DNA of 12,342 nt from a bacterium (GTDB lineage: Bacteria > Acidobacteriota > Blastocatellia > HR10), in contig JBEPZV010000064.1 of assembly GCA_041640655.1 (NCBI GenBank), forward strand, positions 1 to 12,342, in the 5' to 3' direction. Within the stretch, counting starts at the first letter, position 1, and the number at the start of each line of letters is the position of its first letter. Position numbers and translations under genes: made by a program. A model generated the notes under the pieces. It saw nothing but the letters and a program-made list of their open reading frames with translations, had not been told where the DNA came from and made no database searches. Positions 1 to 8,238 of the stretch are shown piece by piece.

Positions 1-149
1 GTCAGCTCATGGCCGATCTGCAGCAGGTCGCGCATCAGATCGCGGCGATCGCCTATGGGCAGGCGACCTCGGCAGGAGCGGGGACGTCGGGCCGATCCGA
101 TGGTGGATCGGATGATGTGATTGATGCCGAGTTCAAACCCAGTCATTGA
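1..149 (+). CDS. dnaK: Molecular chaperone DnaK (Hsp70), C-terminal end; gene starts upstream of the window
   Basis: Not in the ORF track. The frame from position 3 reads QLMADLQQVAHQIAAIAYGQATSAGAGTSGRSDGGSDDVIDAEFKPSH-stop (TGA 147-149). This is a lid helix ending in AY, a G/S-rich linker and the DDVIDAEF tail motif typical of DnaK. The dnaJ/clpB context agrees. Confidence 0.9.
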   Translation, partial: QLMADLQQVAHQIAAIAYGQATSAGAGTSGRSDGGSDDVIDAEFKPSH

Positions 150-152
150 GAC

Positions 153-177
153 CCACGTGATTCGCCGAGTCGCGTGG
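153..177 (+). other. RNA stem-loop immediately after the dnaK stop (no U-tract)
   Basis: CCACGTGATTC (153-163) pairs with GAGTCGCGTGG (167-177): 11 pairs including two G-U wobbles, loop GCC. The mismatches are G-U compatible on the + strand transcript. Confidence 0.6.
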
Positions 178-202
178 AACACCGCGGAGGTGAACATATC
201 CT

Positions 203-694
203 ATGCCACGTCGAAAGAAGACACAGATGGAGGAGCCGGTTCTTCCCCCGTCGGAGGAGCCGGCTTCGGCGTACGAGGAATCGGTCGAAGCTTATGATGA
301 GGTCCTGGAGGAGGACTACTACGACGAGGACTTCGCCGTAGAAGAAGAGGCGGTGGACGTCGCCGAGGAGGAAGCCGAAGTCGAGGAGGAGCCGGTGGCC
401 GAGGCGGTGTCGGAGCCGGAGGAGGAAGTGGTCGAGCCGGTCTCTCCTCGGTATGAGACGCGCCAGGAGATGTTGGCTCGGCTCATGCGGCGGCTCCTGA
501 CCGCGCGCGAGCGGGTGCGGGCGACGCTGGAGCGCGTGCGCGACATCAATGCGCAACTTCGGGACGCTGGGCCTCGCCCGTCCGATCGCTTGAAGGAGCA
601 GTATCAGCGGGCGCTCGCAGAGTTGAGCGCTGCACGGCGGGAGGAGAATCTCGCGCGGGCTGAGCTCATTCAGGCGCTCAACTGGCGGGGGTGA
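203..694 (+). CDS. Hypothetical protein, 163 aa: acidic low-complexity N-half plus predicted helical hairpin/coiled coil
   Basis: Strong SD GGAGGTGA at 186-193 before ATG 203. It fills the gap between dnaK and dnaJ on the operon strand. Residues 10-82 contain 32 D/E and no K/R. Residues 83-163 form two long amphipathic R/L/A/E-rich segments separated by GPRPS. Confidence 0.85.
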   Translation: MPRRKKTQMEEPVLPPSEEPASAYEESVEAYDEVLEEDYYDEDFAVEEEAVDVAEEEAEVEEEPVAEAVSEPEEEVVEPVSPRYETRQEMLARLMRRLLTARERVRATLERVRDINAQLRDAGPRPSDRLKEQYQRALAELSAARREENLARAELIQALNWRG

Positions 695-773
695 TGCGGC
701 TCCCGTCGCGAGCGCGCTCTCCAAGGCGCGAGCAGATCCCCATGCGTGAGGTCATCGGCGCGCGAAGCGAGCT

Positions 774-1703
774 ATGGCGGTCAAGTACAAAGACTACTAC
801 GAGATCTTGGGTGTCCCCCGGACGGCCACCCAGGAGGAGATCAAAGCGGCCTTTCGCCGGTTGGCCCGGAAGTATCACCCGGATCTGAATCCGGGGGACA
901 AGCAGGCTGAGGAGAAATTCAAGGAGATCAACGAGGCGTATGAAGTTCTGGGGGATCCCAAGAAACGTGAGTTGTACGATCGGCTGGGGCCGAATTGGAA
1001 GGCGGGTGCAGACTTCACGCCGCCGCCCGATTGGGAGAAGATCCGCATTGATTTCGGCGATTTCGACTTCTTCACGGGCGGGCCGGGGACCTTCAGCGAC
1101 TTCTTCGAGATGCTCTTTGGCGGGTTGCGTGGGCGGACGGCCTCACGTCGTTCGGCGACGGGCACGCGGGTGGGATGGGGCGTTCGGGGGGCCGATGTTG
1201 AGTCCGAGCTGACGCTCACGTTAGAGGAGGCGCATCGAGGGACGACGCGTCGCGTCACGCTGCCCAATGGGCGGACGGTGGAGGTGAAGATCCCGGCCGG
1301 CGTGCGCGAGGGGTCGGTGATTCGGCTCGCTGGACAGGGAGAGCCGGGCATGGGGGGGCCTCCGGGTGATCTCTATCTGAAGGTACGGGTGCAGAAGCAC
1401 CCGATCTTTACGGTCTCCGGCGATGACGTTTACGTCGAGGTGCCGATCACGCCGTGGGAGGCCGTCCTCGGGGGGAAGATTCAGGTCCCCACGTTGGACG
1501 GCATGGTCGAGGTGACGCTCCCACCGGGCTCGCAGAGCGGGCAGAAGCTGCGATTGCGCGGTCAGGGACTGAATCGTCGGCGCGGCGGACGCGGCGATCA
1601 GTACGTGCAGCTTCGGATCGTCGTCCCCACCAATCCGACGCCCGCCGAGCGACGCTTGTTCGAGCAATTGGCGCGCGAATCGAGTTTCAACCCGCGGCGA
1701 TGA
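774..1703 (+). CDS. cbpA: Class B J-domain co-chaperone (DnaJ/CbpA-like, no zinc finger)
   Basis: J domain KDYYEILGV...KYHPDLN...[14 protein letters not shown] region with [11 protein letters not shown], no CxxCxGxG repeats, and a C-terminal domain with GDLYL, PWEAVLG and GDQYV. Confidence 0.92.
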   Translation: MAVKYKDYYEILGVPRTATQEEIKAAFRRLARKYHPDLNPGDKQAEEKFKEINEAYEVLGDPKKRELYDRLGPNWKAGADFTPPPDWEKIRIDFGDFDFFTGGPGTFSDFFEMLFGGLRGRTASRRSATGTRVGWGVRGADVESELTLTLEEAHRGTTRRVTLPNGRTVEVKIPAGVREGSVIRLAGQGEPGMGGPPGDLYLKVRVQKHPIFTVSGDDVYVEVPITPWEAVLGGKIQVPTLDGMVEVTLPPGSQSGQKLRLRGQGLNRRRGGRGDQYVQLRIVVPTNPTPAERRLFEQLARESSFNPRR

Positions 1704-1742
1704 GTCGCGCGCGAGGAGATCGCTGCTGAAGGGAGGGGGATT

Positions 1743-4385
1743 ATGGATGTCAATCGGTTGACGGAAAAGGTGCAAGAGGCTGTGCGAGCTGCGCAGAGTC
1801 TGGCGGCGCGCTACAGCCATCAGCAGATCGATGTCGAACATCTGCTCCTTGCGCTGCTGCAGCAAGAGGGGGGATTGGCATCGGCGATCTTGGAGAAGGC
1901 GGGGGTGGATCCGAAGCTCGTCCGCGCTCGCCTGGAGCAGGAGCTGGCGCGCTGGCCCAAAGTGAGCGGTCCGGCGGCTGGTCCCGATTACGTGTACATC
2001 ACGGGGCGCCTCAACCGTCTCTTCACCGTGGCCGAGGATGAAGCCGCGCGGCTCAAGGACGAGTACATCAGCGTCGAGCACATCCTGCTCGCGATCCTGG
2101 AAGAAGGGCGCAGCGGAGCCGCCGGACGCATCCTGCTCGATCTGGGGCTGGATCGGGATCGGGTGATGAAGGCGCTGCAGCAGATTCGCGGCACGCAGCG
2201 GGTGACGAGCCCCACGCCCGAGGCCACCTATCAAGCGCTCGAGCGGTATGGGCGCGATCTGACGAAGCTCGCCGCTCAGGGGAAGCTCGATCCGGTCATC
2301 GGGCGCGATGAGGAGATCCGGCGCGTGATGCAAGTCCTCTCGCGTCGGACGAAGAACAATCCGGTGTTGATCGGGGAGCCGGGCGTCGGTAAGACGGCCA
2401 TCGTCGAGGGGCTCGCGCAGCGGATCGTGAGGGGCGATGTCCCCGAGGGGTTGAAGAACAAGCGTGTCATTCAACTGGACATGGGCGCGCTCATCGCGGG
2501 GGCGAAATACCGGGGCGAATTCGAGGAGCGCTTGAAGGCCGTGCTCCGCGAGGTCCAGGAGTCGCAGGGCGAGATCATCCTCTTCATTGATGAGTTGCAC
2601 ACGGTCGTGGGGGCCGGACGCGCCGAGGGGGCGACCATGGATGCGAGCAATCTCCTGAAGCCGATGCTCGCGCGCGGCGAGTTGCGGTGCATCGGGGCGA
2701 CGACCCTCGACGAATATCGCAAGTACATCGAGAAGGACGCCGCGCTCGAACGCCGCTTCCAGCCGATCCTGGTCGGCGAGCCCTCAGTCGAGGACACGAT
2801 CTCGATCCTGCGGGGATTGAAGGAGCGGTACGAGGTGCATCATGGGGTGCGCATCAAGGATTCGGCCTTGGTGGCGGCGGCGATGCTCAGTCATCGCTAC
2901 ATCTCGGATCGCTTCCTGCCGGACAAGGCCATTGATCTTGTGGACGAGGCGGCGGCGCGGCTGCGGACCGAGATTGATTCGATGCCCTCGGAATTGGATG
3001 AGATTCTGCGACGGATCATGCAGCTGGAGATCGAGCGCGAGGGCTTGAAGCGCGAGACCGATCCGGCTTCGCGCGAGCGGTTGCGGAAGATCGAGGATGA
3101 GCTGGCCGAGCTGCGCGTGCGGGCGGATCGGCTCCGCGCGCAGTGGGAGGAGGAGAAGCAGATCCTGGCCCGCTCGCGCGAGCTGCGGGAGCAGATCGAG
3201 CAGACGAAGATCCTCATCGAACAGGCCGAGCGCGCGTATGACCTCAACCGCGCGGCCGAGCTGCGCTATGGGCGCCTGGTCGAGCTGGAGAAGCAGATGC
3301 GAGAGCAGGAGGCGAAGCTCGCCGACTTGGCGGCGCGGCATGGCGGCACGCGCTTGCTCAAGGAAGAGGTGGACGAGGAAGATATCGCTGAGGTCGTGAG
3401 CCGCTGGACGGGCATCCCCGTGAGCCGCTTGCTGGAGGGGGAGATTCAGAAGCTGCTGCGCTTGGAGGAGGAGCTGCATCGTCGCGTCGTCGGTCAGGAG
3501 GAGGCTGTGCGCGCGGTCGCCGAAGCCGTCCGCCGCGCGCGCGCGGGATTGAAAGACCCGAATCGTCCGATCGGGAGCTTCATCTTCCTCGGCCCCACGG
3601 GTGTGGGGAAGACGGAGCTGGCCCGCGCGCTCGCCGAGTGCCTCTTCGATGACGAGCGCGCGCTGATTCGGATTGATATGTCCGAGTACATGGAGAAGCA
3701 CTCGGTGGCCCGCCTGATCGGCGCGCCGCCCGGATACGTCGGATACGAGGAGGGGGGGCAACTGACGGAGGCCGTGCGGCGTCGCCCCTATTCGGTCATC
3801 CTCTTCGATGAGCTGGAGAAGGCGCATTGGGATGTCTTCAACCTCCTGCTGCAGATCCTCGACGACGGGCGGCTGACCGACAGTCATGGCCGGACGGTGG
3901 ACTTCAAGAACACGATCATCATCATGACGTCGAACGTCGGGAGCCATCTGATCCTGGAGCATCGGGGGGGGACGGGAGAGAGCTACGAGCGCATGAAGGA
4001 CGCCGTGCTCGCCGAGTTGCGGCGGACGTTCCGGCCGGAATTCCTGAACCGCGTGGATGAGATCGTCGTCTTCCATGCACTGACCGAGGAGCATCTGGCG
4101 CGTATTGTGGAGATTCAGATCGGGCGGCTTCGAGAGCGGTTGCGCGATCGGCAGATCGAACTGGAGCTGACCGAGCGGGCGAAAGCGCGTCTGGCCGAGT
4201 GGGGCTATGATCCGGTCTTCGGCGCGCGGCCGCTCAAGCGGGTGATCCAGCGGGAGGTGGAGACGCCGCTGGCGAAATTGATCCTGCAAGGGGAGGTGCG
4301 AGATAATTCCCTCGTGATTGTGGATGAGGAGGGCGGCCGGCTCACCTTCGCCGTGCAGCCGAAGGAGGTGCCGGTGACCTCGTGA
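1743..4385 (+). CDS. clpB: ATP-dependent disaggregase ClpB
   Basis: Clp N-domain; NBD1 with Walker A GEPGVGKT, pore loop [13 protein letters not shown] and Walker B LFIDE; long coiled-coil M domain with AAELRYG; NBD2 with GPTGVGKT and [16 protein letters not shown]. No IGF/LGF ClpP-docking loop. SD GGGAGGGGGA at 1731-1740. Confidence 0.97.
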   Translation: MDVNRLTEKVQEAVRAAQSLAARYSHQQIDVEHLLLALLQQEGGLASAILEKAGVDPKLVRARLEQELARWPKVSGPAAGPDYVYITGRLNRLFTVAEDEAARLKDEYISVEHILLAILEEGRSGAAGRILLDLGLDRDRVMKALQQIRGTQRVTSPTPEATYQALERYGRDLTKLAAQGKLDPVIGRDEEIRRVMQVLSRRTKNNPVLIGEPGVGKTAIVEGLAQRIVRGDVPEGLKNKRVIQLDMGALIAGAKYRGEFEERLKAVLREVQESQGEIILFIDELHTVVGAGRAEGATMDASNLLKPMLARGELRCIGATTLDEYRKYIEKDAALERRFQPILVGEPSVEDTISILRGLKERYEVHHGVRIKDSALVAAAMLSHRYISDRFLPDKAIDLVDEAAARLRTEIDSMPSELDEILRRIMQLEIEREGLKRETDPASRERLRKIEDELAELRVRADRLRAQWEEEKQILARSRELREQIEQTKILIEQAERAYDLNRAAELRYGRLVELEKQMREQEAKLADLAARHGGTRLLKEEVDEEDIAEVVSRWTGIPVSRLLEGEIQKLLRLEEELHRRVVGQEEAVRAVAEAVRRARAGLKDPNRPIGSFIFLGPTGVGKTELARALAECLFDDERALIRIDMSEYMEKHSVARLIGAPPGYVGYEEGGQLTEAVRRRPYSVILFDELEKAHWDVFNLLLQILDDGRLTDSHGRTVDFKNTIIIMTSNVGSHLILEHRGGTGESYERMKDAVLAELRRTFRPEFLNRVDEIVVFHALTEEHLARIVEIQIGRLRERLRDRQIELELTERAKARLAEWGYDPVFGARPLKRVIQREVETPLAKLILQGEVRDNSLVIVDEEGGRLTFAVQPKEVPVTS

Positions 4386-4412
4386 ACCTTCGCTCTCAGG
4401 AGGGGGAGAGAG

Positions 4413-5942
4413 ATGAACGCGATCAGGCGTACCATCGGCCCCAGACTTCGCGAGCGCCTCGGGAGGATCGGTGGGGCGATCGCACTCGTGCTCCTCGGCG
4501 TGCTCGCCGGATCGGCGATCACGGCGCGCACGGATTGGTCGCCTTTCCCCGGCAGGGAGAATGCGACGCGGGTTCCCATCTATCTGGCCACGGGGACGCC
4601 CGTCAGTGGGAACATCTCGCTCCTTGAGGGGTTGGCTCCGATCGTGCGCGCGGCGCGCGAGTGGGTGGTGACGATCGAGACGAAGATCCCGGATCGCGCA
4701 GGGTTTGACATCTTCGACGATCCGTTCTTTCGCTGGTTCTTCGGACGGCCTCAAGTCCCGCGGCGAGAGCAATACCGTCAGGGGCTCGGTTCGGGCGTGA
4801 TCGTGAGTCCGGACGGATACATCCTGACCAATCATCACGTCGTCGAGAATGCGAGCGAGCTCAACGTGAGGCTCTTCGATGGACGCCAATTCCGGGGGCG
4901 CGTCATTGGGACCGATCCGAAGACCGATGTGGCCGTGGTGAAGATCGAGGCGACGAAGCTGCCGGCGGCCGTCTTTGGGGATTCCTCCCGCGTGCAGGCG
5001 GGAGATTTCGTCATCGCGATCGGGAGTCCGTTCAGCGCCCAGCTTCAGCATACGGTGACCTTTGGGATCGTGAGCGCGACCGGGCGGGGGAGTCTCGGTA
5101 TCGCCGACTACGGGGACTTCATCCAGACGGACGCCGCCATCAATCCCGGCAATTCCGGCGGGCCGCTGGTGAACATGCGCGGGGAATTGATCGGCATCAA
5201 CACGGCGATCTTCACGCGCGGCGCGCCGGCCAATGCGGGCGTGGGCTTCGCCATTCCCATCAACATGGCGCGCGAGGTGATGGATCGCATCCTGAAGTAT
5301 GGGCGGGTCGTGCGCGGGTACCTGGGGGTGAACATCCAGACGCTCGATGAAGCGATGGCCGAAGTCTACGGGGTGAAGGGACGTCGGGGGGCGATCGTGC
5401 TCGAGGTCGTGCCCGACAGCCCGGCCGACCGCGCCGGTCTGCGACGCGATGACATCATCATCGAATATAACGGGCAGAAGGTCACCGGGAGCGAGCAGTT
5501 GCGAAACATGGTGGCACTGACGGCGCCCGGGACGCGCGCGACGCTCAAGGTCCTGCGCGACGGACGCGAGCACACGCTCACGGTCGAGGTGGGGGAGTTG
5601 AAGGAAGAGCGAGCGGGCACGCGATGGGGAGGAGAGTCCGAGCGCGGGATGACGCTGGGCGGCCTCGAGGTGCAGGAGCTGACGCCGGCATTGCAGCGAC
5701 GCTATGACCTCCCGCGTCAGATCACGGGCGTGCTCATCGTGGATGTGGCCGACGGGAGCCCGGCGGCGGAGGCGGGCCTGATGCCCGGGGATGTGATCCA
5801 GGAGATCAATCGCCAACCGATCCGAAGTGTCGCCGATTTCCGCCGTATGGTCGCCGAGGTCGGGCGGCGCCGCGCGGTCCTGCGCGTCTACAGTCAGCGT
5901 CAGGGCGGGAGTCTGCTCATCGTCCTCGAACCGCGAGGATGA
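4413..5942 (+). CDS. degP: DegP/DegQ (HtrA, Do-family) serine endoprotease with two PDZ domains
   Basis: Basic N-terminus followed by a hydrophobic signal/anchor segment (IGGAIALVLLGVLAGSAITA). Catalytic triad motifs TNHHV, DPKTDVAV and QTDAAINPGNSGG. PDZ motifs RGYLGV, SPADRAGL and SPAAEAGL..GDVI. Confidence 0.95.
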   Translation: MNAIRRTIGPRLRERLGRIGGAIALVLLGVLAGSAITARTDWSPFPGRENATRVPIYLATGTPVSGNISLLEGLAPIVRAAREWVVTIETKIPDRAGFDIFDDPFFRWFFGRPQVPRREQYRQGLGSGVIVSPDGYILTNHHVVENASELNVRLFDGRQFRGRVIGTDPKTDVAVVKIEATKLPAAVFGDSSRVQAGDFVIAIGSPFSAQLQHTVTFGIVSATGRGSLGIADYGDFIQTDAAINPGNSGGPLVNMRGELIGINTAIFTRGAPANAGVGFAIPINMAREVMDRILKYGRVVRGYLGVNIQTLDEAMAEVYGVKGRRGAIVLEVVPDSPADRAGLRRDDIIIEYNGQKVTGSEQLRNMVALTAPGTRATLKVLRDGREHTLTVEVGELKEERAGTRWGGESERGMTLGGLEVQELTPALQRRYDLPRQITGVLIVDVADGSPAAEAGLMPGDVIQEINRQPIRSVADFRRMVAEVGRRRAVLRVYSQRQGGSLLIVLEPRG

Positions 5943-5971
5943 GCGATCTCCTCTGTCGGGAGGGAGCGGCG

Positions 5972-6271
5972 ATGGCGACCTACTACATCCTGCGCAAGGC
6001 CAATGGTGAGGTCTTCACGCTCGAGGTGAACGGCGTCTCGTACGTCGCCCTGTGGGCGGACGAGCGCGATGTGCGCCGCAGCAAGAGCGCGAATCCCGAC
6101 TTGATGGTCTACATCCCGGCGCCTGCAGATGAGCGCTTCCTCAAGCGGCGGTTCGGCGATCGTCCGATCCGGTTCTTCCTCGTGGACGGTCGGGATCCGG
6201 ATCTGCGGACCGGGCGCGAGATCACGCCGGAAGACGTCTTCGGGGAGGCGGTGCTTCCGAAGGCGGCCTGA
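5972..6271 (+). CDS. Hypothetical protein, ~99 aa (alternative start at 5939 overlapping the degP stop gives 110 aa)
   Basis: SD GGGAGGGAG at 5958-5966 before ATG 5972. Globular-looking beta/alpha sequence (MATYYILRKANGEVFTLEVNGVSYVALWADERDV...). It fills the degP-ftsH gap on the operon strand. Confidence 0.8.
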   Translation: MATYYILRKANGEVFTLEVNGVSYVALWADERDVRRSKSANPDLMVYIPAPADERFLKRRFGDRPIRFFLVDGRDPDLRTGREITPEDVFGEAVLPKAA

Positions 6272-6273
6272 CC

Positions 6274-6297
6274 GCGCTCCGTGCGTGAGCGGAGCGT
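6274..6297 (+). other. RNA stem-loop between the small gene and ftsH (no U-tract)
   Basis: CGCTCCG (6275-6281) pairs perfectly with CGGAGCG (6290-6296), extended by a G-U pair at each end; loop GCGTGA. Confidence 0.5.
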
Positions 6298-6326
6298 TCG
6301 AGGGCGAAGCTCTGGAGGAGGCGAGT

Positions 6327-8180
6327 ATGGATCAGCTCACCAGGCGCAGGTGGGTCTTCAGCGGCCTTTATTTGCTCTTCATGGTGGGGGTCTTGTTTTC
6401 CCTCCACCAGTATGCGCGCGTGAGGCCGCAGCACATCCCGTACAGCGAATTCCTCGAAGCCCTTCGGGGAGGCAAGGTCGCGGAAGTATGGATCAGCGAG
6501 AGTGAGATTCGCGCGCGCCTCTCCGAGGATGGGCGAATCGTCGTCGCCACGCGCGTGCCGGGGATCGAGGAGACGGCGTTGCTCAAAGAGCTGCAGGAGC
6601 GTCGGGTGAAATTCTCCGGCGTGATCGAGCGCATGTCGTGGTGGGAGCAGCTCTTCCTCTGGTGGATCTTGCCGCTTCTCATCTTGGGCGCCCTCTGGGG
6701 CTATGGGATGCGTCGTCTGGCCCAGGGAGGGGGTGGGGCCCTCACCTTCGGCCGCAGCAAGGCGAAGATCTACGATACGAGCAGCGAGAATCGGGTGACC
6801 TTCGCCGATGTCGCGGGCGTGGATGAGGCGAAGGCGGAGCTCATGGAGATCGTGGATTTCCTGAAGAACCCGTCGCGGTATCAGCGCCTCGGGGGACGCA
6901 TCCCGAAGGGCGTCTTGCTCATCGGGCCGCCGGGGACGGGCAAGACGTTGCTGGCGCGCGCGGTGGCGGGCGAAGCGGGCGTGCCGTTCTTCGCCATCTC
7001 GGGATCGGAATTCGTGGAGATGTTCGTGGGCGTCGGCGCGGCGCGCGTGCGCGACCTCTTCGAGCAGGCGAAGCGCCGGGCCCCGTGCATCGTCTTCATT
7101 GATGAGCTGGATGCCATCGGGAAGATGCGGGCCGTCGGCGGCGGACTCGTCGGCGCGCACGATGAGCGCGAGCAGACGCTCAATCAACTGCTCGTGGAGA
7201 TGGATGGATTCGATTCGTCCAAGGGCGTGATCATCATGGCAGCGACCAATCGGCCGGAGATCCTCGATCCGGCGCTGCTGCGGGCCGGGCGCTTCGATCG
7301 GCGGATCGTCGTGGACAAGCCCGACCTGAAGGGGCGCGAGGAGATCTTGCGCGTGCATGCGCGGAAGATTCGTCTGGCCCCGGACGTGGACTTGCGCGTC
7401 ATCGCCGCGCGGACACCGGGGATGGTCGGCGCCGATCTCGCCAATATCGTGAATGAGGCGGCGCTTTTGGCCGCGCGGCGCGGAGCCGAAGCCGTCGAGA
7501 TGCGCGATTTCGACGACGCCATTGATCGCGTCCTGCTCGGGTTGGAGAAGAAAGGGCGGATCATGTCGCCCGAGGAGAAAGAGCGAGTGGCGTATCATGA
7601 AGTCGGGCATGCGCTCTGCGCCCTCTCGGTGCCGCATGCCGATCCCGTGCATAAGGTCACGATCATCCCGCGCACGATTGGGGCGCTCGGCGCCACATTG
7701 CAACTGCCGACGGAGGACCGATATTTGCTCACGAAGCCGCAATTGGAGGATCGCCTGGTCGTGCTGCTGGGAGGGCGCGCGGCTGAGGAGTTGATCTTCG
7801 GGGAGATCTCCACGGGCGCGCACAATGATTTGGAGCAGGCGACCGAGATCGCGCGCCAGATGGTCATGCGCTTCGGCATGAGCGAGCGCTTGGGGCCGTT
7901 GACGTATGGTCGTCCGTGGTCGGGGCAGTTCCTGCAGGGCGCGCTCCCCGCTTATGAGGAGCGGAATTTCAGCGAGCAGACGGCGCGCGCGATTGACGAG
8001 GAGGTGCAACGCGTGGTGACCGACGCCTATCAGCGCGCGCGGAGGGTTTTGCAAGAGAAGCAGGCGGCGTTGCGCCATGTGGCGCGGGAGCTGATCAAGC
8101 GCGAGACGTTGGATCGCGAGGAATTGGAGCAGTTGGTGCGTGAGGGGATGGCCATCGCCGCTCCCGCGCCGGTCGAGTGA
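6327..8180 (+). CDS. ftsH: ATP-dependent zinc metalloprotease FtsH (~617 aa)
   Basis: Start moved from 6129 to ATG 6327 (SD GGAGGAGG at 6314-6321). Two TM segments, Walker A GPPGTGKT, pore motif FVEMFVG, Walker [30 protein letters not shown], zinc motif HEVGH and GGRAAEE. Confidence 0.96.
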   Translation: MDQLTRRRWVFSGLYLLFMVGVLFSLHQYARVRPQHIPYSEFLEALRGGKVAEVWISESEIRARLSEDGRIVVATRVPGIEETALLKELQERRVKFSGVIERMSWWEQLFLWWILPLLILGALWGYGMRRLAQGGGGALTFGRSKAKIYDTSSENRVTFADVAGVDEAKAELMEIVDFLKNPSRYQRLGGRIPKGVLLIGPPGTGKTLLARAVAGEAGVPFFAISGSEFVEMFVGVGAARVRDLFEQAKRRAPCIVFIDELDAIGKMRAVGGGLVGAHDEREQTLNQLLVEMDGFDSSKGVIIMAATNRPEILDPALLRAGRFDRRIVVDKPDLKGREEILRVHARKIRLAPDVDLRVIAARTPGMVGADLANIVNEAALLAARRGAEAVEMRDFDDAIDRVLLGLEKKGRIMSPEEKERVAYHEVGHALCALSVPHADPVHKVTIIPRTIGALGATLQLPTEDRYLLTKPQLEDRLVVLLGGRAAEELIFGEISTGAHNDLEQATEIARQMVMRFGMSERLGPLTYGRPWSGQFLQGALPAYEERNFSEQTARAIDEEVQRVVTDAYQRARRVLQEKQAALRHVARELIKRETLDREELEQLVREGMAIAAPAPVE

Positions 8181-8190
8181 GGTCGAGTCA

Positions 8191-8217
8191 TCTCGGGCGA
8201 AGATCTCTCGCCCGAGG
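8191..8217 (+). other. Inverted repeat/stem-loop after ftsH (no U-tract)
   Basis: CTCGGGCGA (8192-8200) and TCGCCCGAG (8208-8216) form a perfect 9-bp inverted repeat with a 7-nt loop. Confidence 0.65.
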
Positions 8218-8238
8218 GGAGGGGGAGCGAGGTGCGCT

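Noticed and set aside
203..694. Calling the acidic protein GrpE because of its position
   Set aside because: It lacks the GrpE C-terminal beta-domain and conserved motifs. grpE may lie upstream of dnaK, outside the window.
691..888. 65-aa + strand ORF overlapping the acidic gene stop and the J-protein start
   Set aside because: It is out of frame over the J domain, with R/S/P-rich shadow composition and no independent support.
1705..1714. Perfect palindrome TCGCGCGCGA before clpB
   Set aside because: CG-alternating runs are frequent throughout this GC-rich window, so it is not distinctive.
150..1742. CIRCE (HrcA) or HAIR (HspR) heat-shock operators in the intergenic gaps
   Set aside because: No TTAGCACTC-N9-GAGTGCTAA or CTTGAGT-N7-ACTCAAG match was seen by eye. 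The main promoter would be upstream of dnaK, outside the window.
2784..5816. 1010-aa minus-strand ORF, plus other long antisense ORFs (1221-2600, 6222-8399, 143-724, 8668-9279, 9654-10220)
   Set aside because: They mirror well-supported + strand genes and have no recognisable motifs. Long stop-free antisense frames are expected from GC-rich codon bias.
6129..6326. ORF-track N-terminal extension of FtsH (similarly 8140-8238 for the MEMO-AMMECR1 gene and 11924-11947 for ihfB)
   Set aside because: These extensions overlap upstream genes or leader regions and look non-protein-like. The downstream ATGs have clear SD sequences and match family N-termini.
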